From Utricularia gibba (Eukaryota > Plantae > Magnoliophyta), in NCBI GenBank assembly GCA_002189035.1, contig NEEC01000029.1, forward strand, positions 248,001 to 312,000: 64,000 bases of DNA. The letters are read 5' to 3'. The position numbers and the translations under genes are program-made. The notes beneath the pieces are model-generated. The model did not search any database. It was not told where the DNA came from and saw only the letters and a program-made list of their open reading frames with translations. Positions within the stretch are counted from its first letter, which is position 1; each line of letters starts with the position of its first letter. Positions 52,177 to 64,000 of this stretch are shown here, one piece after another.

Positions 52177-53478
52177 GTAGTCTCTTAAACTCGTTCTTGA
52201 AATTTGTTTTGACAATGAATCGATGGTTCTGCTTAGAAACTTGCTATAATCTCTACCAAAATGAATCAAAATTTACTTCTTTTGGAGCTTTCCTGTCCTA
52301 TGGATGAGTTCTGGGTGCCAATATAGCAATATGAAGCCATTGATGCATCTAAAAAGCTGTGCTTTACTTGGTTTTACGCGCTTAAGAAATCTTGGATTCG
52401 AGGATGGTTTTGGATTATTGAGATAACTCGTAGTTGCGACAACTTATCGGTGAAGGATATCCAATTCATCAAGATGAAAATCCAATACGTGTAGAAGATA
52501 TTTCAACATGCAAAGGTTAAAAACATTCCAAACGTGATTGAATTTGAAGATGGAGGAGGTATCAAAGATCAGGTAGGATTCTACGTGTTAATTTTTCCTT
52601 TTGGTAATGAAATCGTAGTTGTATGGAGGATGATCATGAGTGAATGCGTGGGGGTGTAGAGCGTAGACGATGACACGAGGGGGTGTCAAAGATCAGGTAG
52701 TATCTAACCAATTAAACCCCAGCCAGCCAAAACAGCCATTTTTCTTCACCTATGTGTTTGCCATTGACAAATGTTTTAACTGAAGAACAAAAAACAAATC
52801 ATCAAGAGTTACGTTTTTCAAAAAAGATTGATTTTTATCCCATTTAGATTTCTTGGTTCATTTAAGGTTCTTCTCCAAAATTCAAAGTGGTAGTTAAGAT
52901 ATGGTCTGTACCCATAGAAATTATAGGGGTCTAACCTAGAGTTATGATGCGTTTTACTCAACATCACATGAACCCCAGTAATATAAATATGGATATCGAT
53001 GTTCAGTTACTGCACACTACCGAGATTACATCCTTACGACGTAAATCTTGGCTTGTCATGTGAGTGGCAGGATGGAAAAGATAAATGTTTCTGGGTGCGT
53101 CTGATCGCTGGTTCTATTTCATTGATCTTTGTTCGTTTCATTTCATTGTCGGGAACATTGAGTTAACACGGATTGCTCGCACAGTTCATGTGTCATGTTT
53201 GTAGGGTGGTCGATTGATATGCGGTTCTGAGTTTCTGTTCCCGAGACTGGATTTGAATTTTACTTTCTTGGGTTACTTTCCAAGGTACTGATTCTGCTGA
53301 AGATTCAAGCTTTGGTGGTATGGGTTATCGTTGACCTGCATAGAGTGTGGGTGTTTTGTTTTTTAAATAGAAAATATGCTGAATATCTTCCTTGCAAATG
53401 GGTAGTAGAACAACCAGGATAATTTAATCAGTTATCCGTGTTATCTTCATGGAACTGTTATCTTTATAGGCGAATAAA

Positions 53479-56400
53479 TGCACCAAATTGACATCAACCC
53501 TGCAGAAGAGATCCATGAGTTGCCGCAACAAAATGCTGTGGGAAGGAGTCCAGAATCGATAGACACGAGCGCACATGCTGAACAAGTGCACTTCGATGAC
53601 AGCAAAAACATGTTGGCACCAAAAGTATGCGTTTTTGAATAAAATGTCATGTGCTGTAGATCAGTGATCAAACACTTCATCTCTAAATTCGCATATGTTT
53701 TGTGTATTTGCAGTATTTTCTAGAAAGAGTTCCTGCTTCTATTCTACTCGCATACCAAGGCTTTGGTGTAGTGTATGGAGATTTGGGCACTTCACCACTC
53801 TATGTGTTCAGAAGCATATTTATTGGAAAATTGCAGGATCATCAGACCCCTGATACCGTACTTGGGGCATTTTCTCTTATCTTTTGGACCTTAACATTGA
53901 TTCCTTTGCTCAAGTATGTGTTTATTGTTTTGACTGCTGACGATAATGGAGAAGGTATGATAAAAATCTTTTTTGTGAAGGTTGCGATCAACCCTTCTTA
54001 TTGATAAACTATTCATTCACTACAGGTGGAACATTTGCTTTGTATTCTCTGCTTTATAGAAATGGAAACTTCAGCTTGCTTCCTAACCAGCAAGCTGCAG
54101 ATGCGGAGCTTTCAGCCTACAAATATGGAGTCTCGACACAGCGTTCATCAGCTTCGGCAGTAAGGAGGTTTTTCGAAAAGCACAAAAGGAATCGGATTGT
54201 ATTGCTGCTTGTTGTATTATTAGGGGCTGGCATGGTGGTTGGTGATGGTGTGGTTTCTCCCGCTATGTCAGGTATTCTTTGATAATTTTGATATGTAAAA
54301 TCTGTATGCTGTATTCTGATGATAGCTTCTCAGACCATGTCAAGTGTTTTTTTTTTCTTTTTTACCGAAAGTTCTATTATCAGGTTATTTTTTGTCAAAC
54401 CTTTGCGAATGATCCTGCTCCTACTTTCATTCCTGCAGTCATATCAGCAGTGTCAGGACTTGAGGCTGCTGAAGAGTATTTGCCACCAAGTAGGTCCTTG
54501 TATTTGATATTTCGTTTTCCCAGACCCTCAGTTGTCTAAGTAAATAATGTGTTCCTGCTGGCAGGTGGAGTACGAGCACTTGCTTGCACTATATTGATTG
54601 GTCTTTTTGCTTTGCAACACTGTGGAACACATAAAGTCGGTTTCCTCTTTGCCCCAATCGTTATCCTTTGGTTATTGTCTATTTTCGCTATTGGAATCTA
54701 CAATACCATTAAGTGGAACCCAGCAGTTCTGTATGCCTTTTCTCCACATTACATCGTCAAATTTTTCCATCAAACTGGAAAAGATGGATGGGTTTCACTT
54801 GGAGGGGTCCTTCTTGCCATAACGGGTACGTGAGTTGGACTTTGGATTCATAGTGTTGGTGGTGGGGTGACTTTACAGTCTTTGTGATGGCCATCAGGTA
54901 CTGAAGCAATGTTTGCAGATCTTGGCCATTTCTCTGCAAAATCAATAAGGGTTGGTTTTTTATCTGTCTTGATTTCAGTCTTGATGCATGCCTTCTCCTC
55001 TGGGCGACCTGAAAAGTGATTTTTACTTGTAACTGCTAGCAAGGAAGTATGAAACTTATGGAATGATACTGCATGTTACTAGCTATAGTCGTTCCGAGTC
55101 GATCGCTATCTTCATTTTATCTTGACATTTGGCATCCTTTCTCTCTTTGCAGTTGGGATATGTGTTTCTTGTATACCCCTGCATGGTCATTCAGTACCTT
55201 GGACAAGCTGCTTATCTGTCAAAAAACATCTCTTCTATTCCTAATAGCTTCTATGCTTCGGTTCCTGGTGAGTTCTCATCCATTGTATGAGGTGTTTGGG
55301 AGTGTCCCTTGCTGATCCGTAGCGTTTCAATACTTCCCCTGCAGATCATGTATTTTGGCCGATGTTTGTCATTGCGACTCTTGCAGCAATTGTTGCCAGC
55401 CAGGCGATCATTTCAGCCACATTTTCCATCATCATGCAATGCAGTGCTCTTGGCTGCTTCCCCCGAGTGAAGGTGGTACACACCTCGAAGCAAATCTATG
55501 GCCAGATCTATATCCCTGAAATTAACTGGATCCTGATGATTCTTACGCTTGCTGTGGCGATTGCCTTTGAAGATACAACGAAGATAGGCAACGCCTACGG
55601 TAAGCAAACGATGCACCAAAATATTCTTACCCGGAACTCCGCTGTGTAAGTTGAGCTGTAATGACTGTTTTCCAGGTCTTGCTGTAATGTCGGTCATGTT
55701 CATTACGACGTTCCTAATGGCCCTCGTCATGGTTGTTGTCTGGCAGAAGAGCATATTCGTGGCTTCTTGCTTCCTGGTTTTCTTCTGGTTCATCGAAGGG
55801 TCGTTTCTTTCCGCAGCTTTTATTAAAGTTCCACAAGGCGGATGGGTCTCTATCGCTCTCTCCCTCGTTTTCATGTTCGTCATGTTCGTATGGCACTATG
55901 GAACTTGCAGGAAATACAGCTTCGACTTCCACAACAAGGTGCCTGTCAAGTGGATTATGGGTCTCGGCCCCAGCCTCGGCATTGTTCGGGTTCCCGGAAT
56001 TGGCCTCATTTACTCAGAACTAGCCACTGGGGTGCCGCCGATCTTCTCTCATTTCGTCACTAACCTCCCTGCGTTCCATAGTGTTCTGGTGTTCGTCTGT
56101 GTGAAGTCTGTTCCGGTGCCTAATGTAGTGGCTGACGAACGCTTCCTCATCGGACGCGTCTGCCCTCGATCGTACCGAATGTATCGATGCATCGTGCGGT
56201 ATGGTTACAAGGACGTGCAGAAGGATGATGGGGACTTTGAAGACCTCCTGATTCAAAGCATAGCAGAGTTCATACAAAGGGACGCCATGGAGCCTCATTT
56301 CTCTGGTTCGGAGGCTGTGTCTTTTGATGGGAGGATGGCTGTGATCAGCTCCAGGGTATTTGAATCCAGCAACAACAGTCTGATAGTCTCTGAGCTCGAG

Positions 56401-56769
56401 CAACTTGATGGCTCTGACATCATCCCCAGCTGCAAATCCTCAACTCTACAGAGCTTGAGATTAGATCATGATGAGGACGAGAGTCCGGGGATCAGGAGGC
56501 GTCGTGTGAGATTTCAGCTACCGGAAAGTCCTGCGATGGATCCACTCGTCAGGGAAGAACTTGCAGACCTGATCCATGCCAAGGAAGCAGGCTTCGCGTA
56601 CATAATGGGGCACTCGTATGTGAAGGCTCGAAGGTCATCCTCGTTTCTGAAGAAGCTCGTCATCGACTTCGGCTACTCGTTCCTCCGTAAGAACTGCCGA
56701 GGTCCGGCGGTGGCGTTGAACATTCCCCACATCAGTCTCATTGAAGTGGGCATGATATATCATGTCTGA
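53479..56769 (+). CDS. Second KUP/HAK/KT potassium transporter, KUP3/4-like
   Basis: [72 protein letters not shown]. The first exon is inferred. Confidence 0.93.
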
Positions 56770-57158
56770 GAAAAAAATGCTGTAGAAATATTTGATGCTA
56801 GTTGCTCTTCTTCACCCCTCATGTAATGTAAACCAGTGTTGTAGTACCTTCTTTTTCAAAATGCTACTGATGAGAAGAATGAATAGAAACCAGAGACGTG
56901 AAAGAGTCACGGCTTTGGGTCTCCGTTGCTATTGCAGCAAGTGCAGCGGAGCTCGGCCGTGCCCAAACGTGACGTTTCAGGATATCGATCCGGCGTCCAG
57001 TGGGCCGGACGGCAATATCACCGCCGCGTGAAGATTTCGCACGCCGCCGTAAATTGCGAATTATATTAACTGCCTAATAGCAAGGTTGCGAAAAGTATTT
57101 AATCTTTTGTTAAATATTAATCAATTTTGATCGTTGGGTTTTGGAATTTGGATGTCAA

Positions 57159-59406
57159 ATGGAGGCAAGGGAAGATTTGCTGTCAATTCTGCCGCACTTG
57201 CCGCTGATTTCCCGATCCTCGGCGTTGTTCTGGCCCCCGCCGGTGGTGGCGGCTCTCAAAGATCTCTGTAAGGGCCCCGATGTTAGTAACGTCAACTCCG
57301 GTAGGCTATTCGCCGTTGCTATTGCCGACATGAGGGATCCTCTCCGATTGCCGCGTCTTCACAACTCCGTATCACTTGGTTTTTCCCTTTTCTTCGATGA
57401 GGTAAGTTTGAAATCAATCTGATCTATTCAATTGTTTTTTGGGGATAGCATGATGTGCTTCAGCGTCTGTTAATAACGATATTTGCCTCGATGAATGGAT
57501 ACTAGGGCAAATCTTACTGCAGAAGAACAACCACAAGTTCTTCTCTACTTGTTTAGTCTTGCATGATTCTTGAAATGAGAAATTAGTTCCAGTTTGGTAG
57601 GAATAGGTTTGTGCCGTAATCGCAATGAACTATTCCTGCAGCTGATGAATAGGGATAAAGCTGAAAAATGGTTTAGAGATGTGATTCCGAACCTCTCTGG
57701 TTTATTGTTGAGGTTGCCAACTTTGCTGGAGACTCACTATCAATCGACAGATGCCTCAAAAATGAAAGCCGGTCTCAGATTGTTGAATTCGCAGCAGCCT
57801 GGGCTTGTTCTCCTTAGTCAGGTACACAGATTGATACAACTGTTTTGTTTCCTCTGGAGCAGTGATTTCTCTTGAGAATCTGGTGGCTTGGATAACTCAA
57901 TTGATTCAGTACTGCCTGAACTCCATCTTCCTCCGGGAAAATGAGGCTCAAGATGGGTAGATGAATCGATAGAAAGAGCTGCTACCAATAAGAGCTGTTG
58001 TGAAGTTTGTTTGATTTTCATCCTTCTCTCAATATGTGAAAAGAAAAACATTACCATGCTTAGTTTAACTTCAGTGAAGTCAAGTTGCCAGAGTGAGGCC
58101 TGATGACCATTTCAGGAACTGATCGCTGCTCTGCTACCCTGTGCTCTCTTCTGCTTGTTTCCATCCGCTAATAGAGACGCCCTCCGTCTTCAACCTATCA
58201 ACTTTGATGGTTTATTTCGGTATGCTACTCACGATTTCCTAATACTGAGACCGAGCAGATTTACTTTTCTTGTTACTAACGATTACATTTGCCATCTATT
58301 CAGTCTTCTGTACGAGTCCTTTGATTCGATTCTGGAGCATAAAATTAAATGCATTGTTCACTATTTTGAGAAGATTTCAATGGACATGCCACGAGGCTAT
58401 GTATCATATGAGAGAAAAGTACTGCCTTGGAAGGGCAAGGAATCGGAGGTAGCTTACCCTGAAGCAGGTTTCTGGGCAACTCTACTGCATCTCTCTCGTA
58501 CATGGAGGTAATGGATGAGCAAAAAGAGTGCAAATATTTTGCGATCTTCTCTAATGTGTATGATTGTTTTTGTAGGTTATCAGTTCTGGTCTTATTGAAG
58601 ATCACCCCATGGAAGCTCTTGAAGTAGATTTCGCAAACAAGTACATTGGAGGAGGTGCTCTGGGCAGGGGCTGTGTGCAAGAAGAAATACGTTTCATGAT
58701 CAATCCAGAATTGATTGTTAGCTTGCTTTTCTTACCCGCAATGGAAGACAACGAGGCTATTGAGATCGTCGGTGCAGAGAGATTCTCAAGCTACTCTGGC
58801 TACGCCTCTTCATTCCAGTTCACTGGAGATCATTCAGACACAAAAAGCATGGACACAATGGGAAGACGCCGAACAAGGATAGTTGCAATTGATGCGCTTT
58901 GCTTCCCTGGGCAGAGACAGTACAAGGTTGAATGTCTTCTTCGTGAAACTAACAAGGCCTTCTGCGGCTTCTTGAACCACTCACTTGATAAGAAGGATCA
59001 TCACATGCCAGCTCGCCCTGATCAAGCTGAAGATGCCTCCACTTCTATGCAAGGAGAAAGTAGAGGCTTCGAAGGCAAGATCGGCATTGCGACTGGAAAC
59101 TGGGGTTGTGGTGCCTTCGGCGGGGATCCACAGGTGAAAGCTATGATTCAGTGGCTGGCGGCTTCCGAGGCGCAGAGACCATTCATCTTGTACTACACAT
59201 TTGGATTGAAGAATTTGGAGAAGCTGGGAGCAGTCGTAGAATGGATTCTAGATCACCAATGGAGTGTTGGTGATCTTTGGAACATGTTAGTGGAGTATGG
59301 GTATCAGAGATTCCAGGGACAAACGTCTGATCGTCTTTTCAAATGGCTCATTCCCTCACTTCAATTTATTTCTGATAATGAATTGTCTTCCTGTCAGGTT
59401 ATTTAG
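57159..59406 (+). CDS. PARG1: Poly(ADP-ribose) glycohydrolase, with one apparent 1-bp frameshift near 58475
   Basis: MEAREDLLSILPHLPL...FWPPPVV, and LEVDFANKYIGGGALGRGCVQEEIRF (catalytic GGG-x6-8-QEE), TGNWGCGAFGGD. Confidence 0.93.
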
Positions 59407-60686
59407 AAGAAAAATATTCATCTATCCATTGATGCTTTTTTATTTATAATTACTATAATAATATAATTAATATAAAATTTTCAATTTGGGAAAATTTGTA
59501 CCGTAGGTATCCAGTGGAATACATATAAGAATGTTGATGTGGTGTTTTCTCTAAAACCCGATCGGTGAATCTAGGGTATTCTGATCATCGACGATAGTAG
59601 TGGCGCACCGCAAGTTCATGATTGTGTCGCCGCTGGAGCAAAAGGCTGGGATCTTTTTGGAATTGGTTGGTCGAAACTTCGTTTGACATTGCAGTATGAT
59701 AGTGATAGCATCATTTTACTTCACAAAGCATCTGCAAGCTGCTTGATGATTTTTCTTCACCAAGTATTGGAATATTCGTTTTTTGTAAGTCAGAAAGTGG
59801 GAGAAGAAGGATTATGTAGATGTAAAATTTGTTTGTAATAGTATGAAGACTTCATATTTAACCTACTTACTATAGCTGAATTCTATTAGTTGAAAAAATT
59901 ACCATTAGGGAAGAACAGTTGCTTCATTAGTAGTGCATCGCAGCCTTTCCTCTCACGATTGATTTCCTCAAGCAAGCGGCTCTTCTTCGATCCTGGGCTG
60001 ATCTTCCAATGCTGTTCTGTGAACTTTATTTGATGGATCATATTTTTTAAATCTATGCGTACTACCTTCTAATAGTATCCATCTTAATACTATAGCTACT
60101 GATACCATTTCGACTCTGATATCTGGAATATTGTCTACAAACACATCATTCGAAAGTACTACAAATTTAAGGTTGACTATGAAGTGAGCCTCGGATTCTG
60201 GGTACGTTTGACTTTTCTTTTTATGTACATCACTGTACCTATTTTGCCATCAATTTGATGCCCTTAGCTTAATTTGAAGTATTTTGACCTCGACTGAGTT
60301 TCTTTTCCATTCAAAAAGTTATTCAAGCATTGTGCATATTCTAATCGCTGCTACGGGAATTCATAAGGTTGGGGATGAAGACGGGAAAGCAAAGTCCGTC
60401 CCAATGAAACTCAAGATGCAGTTCATGTTCCCAGTTCCTGAAGACGATATAAAGTCATCAGTTTTCACGTTCCGAGTGAAGAAGAGGTGGGACATATAAT
60501 CCTTCCTGTCCGCAGTCCACACCGCACAAAAACAATTAGTTGGATTTATATTGTTCCAGCAGTTCCACTGCCGTGGTTGAAGGTAACTTTGATTTTCCCA
60601 AATGCAACTTAACTTGCCACTATTAACACACCTCACATACTGGGATTGAAAGTGCCCAACATTCTCCACTTTTCTTAGTTCAGTCA

Positions 60687-62088
60687 CTAGAAGCAACTGG
60701 ATGGCTCGACAGCACCACCAGTCGTGCCTGCGGCATTAGAGCACGATGATTGAGCTGGTTCCTCATTGTAAGTCAGGTGAACGTTTTCCAATCTGATCCC
60801 CTCACATGGGCTGGTGTGGCTGCAATCAAACTTCATAGCTACTTCCGTTGCAGACGTCCCTTGGATATCTTCATACAACACATCACTGATCTTTATCCCT
60901 GATCCCTGGATGACAAACAGCACTTGCTGGGTAGTTAAAAGCGCAGGTTCGAAAAAGACAAGATAGTTACCTCTGTGGGGCAGTTGATTTCGTAAGGACA
61001 GTAGTGCTGGTCGATGATGATGGGATTCCTGACGTTGGCCATGAGCGCATGCTTGAACACAACGTCCCTAACAAACCCGGTGCTGGCCTCGCCCATGCCT
61101 TGATCCTCAACCCGTTTTCGGTGTCCCTGAATCTCACTGATTTTACCACCACGTTCTGCACTCCTTCCTCGTAAAACTCCTTGCCTAGGCTCCCAATACT
61201 GCAAGGCGTTCACATCTTTTAGAAGGAAACAACGGTGAGTTTGATGAGATTTAGGAGGGGGGAACCTGATGCCGTGACCAGGCCCGCACCCAATGTCCTC
61301 GATCCAGAGCCCCACCGTCCCGGGGCCGATGGAGATGCAGTCGTCCCCGGAGCTGATCTGGGAGTTCAAAATGACGACTTGTTTCGAGTACTGGACGTGG
61401 ATCCCATCGGTGTTGGGACTGTTCCCTGATGCGGATATCAACACTTGTTGCAGCTTGACATTCTCGCAGCCGTTGATCACAACGTGAAACATTTGGCTGT
61501 TGTACGATCTCAGTCCGATGATCTCCACGTTTCTGGAGTTCCAAACCGCTATCGTCTTCAAAACAACAACAAAAACCGTACCAAGGTTAGTGCTTTATGT
61601 ACAAGTTGGAGGATGAATTTTCCATGCAAAAATGGACTTGGAATCAGACTCACGGAGGCGCCGCCGGGGCATCTGGCGCGGGATTTCTTACAGGCCCACA
61701 AGGCGTGCCCCCGCCCATCGAAAGTCCCTCCGATTATGGAAACTCCATCGACGGCGTTAAACAGCATCCAATTCCCATCGCCACCGATCGCATAGTAATC
61801 CGCCGGCGCCACCAGGTAACCGTCGATACGGACCACCAAATCTCGATTGCTACAGGGGCCCTGAAACCGCAGCGCGTTTCTAATAAAAAATCTCCCCGGA
61901 GGAACATACATCATCCCACGGGTGCGGGAGGCGCAAGCTGCAGACCACGCGGAGAGGAAGGCGGCGCTGGAGTCCGTCTCCCCGTCCGGGATCGCCCCGA
62001 AGTCCAACACATTAGCGGAAACCGGCGCACTCCGGCGGAGGGGGAGAATGAGAATGAGGAGGAGAATGAAAGGGTTGGCAGAAGACAT
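60687..62088 (-). CDS. Polygalacturonase (GH28), with one apparent 1-bp frameshift near 61085
   Basis: Signal peptide, NVLDFGA, SPNTDGIH, GDDCISIG, CGPGHGI|SIGSLG, RIK motifs. Confidence 0.93.
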
Positions 62089-62143
62089 GGTAGTAGTGGG
62101 CGTTGGTAACGGTGGGGGCGTGGGTGGGAGTGATCCTCGCACA

Positions 62144-62169
62144 AGTAGTAGTAGTAGTAGTAGTAGTAG
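62144..62169. repeat. (AGT)n/(ACT)n trinucleotide microsatellite in the polygalacturonase leader region
   Basis: Direct reading, about 8 units. Confidence 0.9.
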
Positions 62170-62787
62170 CAGTCGTCGTAATGGAGGTGGAAGTTGGACG
62201 GTTGCATGCAAATCAACACAATTGCAATTAACAACTTTCATGGCTCTTGGTCTTCGTTCTCATTAATCAAAATGCTTCCTAACCATCATGACGACTACCC
62301 CACTATTCTGCATGAAAACAAAAACAAAACAAAAAAAAAAAATAGTTAATTCATTCTCCCTCTCCTACGTGTGTAACCGTCAGGAGTCGTCTAGAACTCT
62401 TCCACCATTTACGTTCACTTTGTAGAGGGGGAGAAGGTGGACTCACCGGTGAGGCTGAGGCAGGGTTCCACTTCCACCGGTAACGGAGTCGCGGCGGCCT
62501 TTTTCTATTCCATCACGCAATTTCTTGCTGGTCTTTCTTCTTACCAGAACCTTTGTATTTTATTGAATAATTCGTGGATGGGCTTTGGGGCGTCACGACA
62601 AAATGGAATGTCGAATCCCTGTCACGTGTTTAAGAGGTAGGTGGGAACTCTCTCGCTCTCCCCTCACCTCCCCCGGTGCCGTGTTCGCACTTCGCCGATG
62701 GTATCCCGCCAATACGACAACCCAACTTGAAAAATCTCCCCCAAACCTTTGAATTTTCCCAGGAAAAGTTCAAGCCATGAGGTTTCC

Positions 62788-62795
62788 TATATAAA
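62788..62795 (+). promoter_or_regulatory. TATA box of the GDSL gene
   Basis: TATATAAA about 45 bp upstream of ATG 62835. Confidence 0.7.
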
Positions 62796-62834
62796 TAAGT
62801 CATCCCCTGCCATGTGATGAGGAGGAAATCCTAA

Positions 62835-64000
62835 ATGGCGTCCACTCTGCTTTTGTGTTGCATCCTGACGACGTTGTTAGCTCTGGCTTCCGTCACCTCT
62901 TCCCAGATGGCCGTGTGCCCCTACGACTACGTCTACCACTTCGGCGACGGGGTTACTGACGTCGGTAACTCCGTCCGGATTCTTCCCTGGGGGCCGCATC
63001 TGCCCGCCGCGAACCCGCCGTACGGCGTGACGAATCCCGGGTATCCCACTGGTCGCTGGAGTGACGGCCTTATCGACTTCGACTTCGCCGGTAGTTCAAA
63101 ACTGCTCTGCTCATTCGTGACTTCTCTCTAGTAGCACAAGTGTTGCATCAGATTGATTTTCCCATGTGTTTCAGCGGCGGATACCGGCTACCCGACGGTG
63201 ACGCCCTACTTGTCCGGCAATACCACCGATAACCGTGCCATCATCTTCTCCGTGGCGAGAAGCCCTGTGCTTGGGCATGAATTTTTTGAGGAAAGAGGCG
63301 TTGAAGTGCCCCCTTCGCTGTGCCTGTCGAGGCTCAAGCACGTTGGTTCAGGCAATACCTCACTCAGGTCTGCTCCACTCCAGAGGGTACGTAGCGTACA
63401 TGCCACGTTTAGTTGGTGTTTGCCATCCACAGACCAAATTTCCGATCAACTGCTGGTTGGTGTTTGCAGAGTGCAGAGACAGGCTTGAGCGCTCGATCAT
63501 ATTCTTCGGCGACATCGAGGGGAACGACGTCGGCTACGCTCTGCGTCAGGGGAGGTCGATCGAGGAAGTCAGGACTTACGTACCCTTGATCATCGAAGCC
63601 CAGCTCAACATCGCCAGAGTACGTACTGCCGCCGACGTGCAGCAAAAACAAAAAAAAGTACTATGTAACTAAGTAATCATCCGTCGGATTCGCTTTGTAG
63701 GAGCTGATTCAGATGGGCGCGAAGACCTTCGTGATTCCGGGAGCTCGCTGATCGGATGCTACCCCCATCTTCTCGAAGCATTACAGAGCGATGACCCTGA
63801 AGATTACGATGAATACGGTTGCTTGAGAAGAGTGAACGAATTCATTGACTGGAAAAACGACCGTTTAAACGAATCCGTACAGCTCCTTCAAGCTGAGTTC
63901 CCGGAGACGCTTCTTCTTTACAGCCCATTTGCGTCCGGGTTCCGTGCGTATCTCCAGCAATACCTCGGTACGCCTTCCTCTCTTTCCTTCTTCTGACTGT
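62835..64000 (+). CDS. GDSL/SGNH esterase-lipase family protein (partial, runs off the window); catalytic Ser absent; two apparent 1-bp frameshifts
   Basis: Signal peptide, HFGDGVTDVGN (block I), PYG..PTGRWSDG, DIEGNDVGY (block III), GAKTFVIPG, GCL..VNEF. Confidence 0.88.

Overview
Eukaryotic plant nuclear DNA from a very gene-dense eudicot genome: about 28 genes or gene relics in 64 kb, most introns 70-100 bp, and many intergenic gaps only 250-700 bp. This suggests a miniaturised genome such as Lentibulariaceae (inference only). In order: WRKY group IIe (partial), OMA1-like M48 peptidase, PsaF, an unidentified spliced ORF, TLC-domain protein, truncated RNase H-like/RBR E3 ligase, glycine cleavage H protein, an uncharacterised membrane protein, KUP10/11-like K+ transporter, decayed mitochondrial-type ribosomal L7/L12, allantoate deiminase, SF3A1, Y3IP1, His-rich CYSTM, PUB21-like U-box, MyoB-type myosin receptor, NSP5-like Kelch protein, RALF, SHM4, GAE6, glyoxalase II, 3-beta-HSD/reticulon, three glycine-rich proteins, CCDC86/Cgr1-like protein, a second KUP, PARG, polygalacturonase and a GDSL-fold protein (partial). 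I found no rRNA, tRNA, CRISPR or intact transposon. A key caveat: nine single-base deletions, mostly in G/C runs, interrupt eight otherwise intact genes and look like assembly errors. I cannot support a wholly new biological system. The best leads are a GDSL protein lacking its catalytic Ser, a head-to-head GRP pair with a W-box-rich shared promoter, inverted fragments flanking glyoxalase II, a His-tract CYSTM and a stop-free hydrophobic intron in MyoB. Exon boundaries and family assignments come from manual translation and recall, not database searches.
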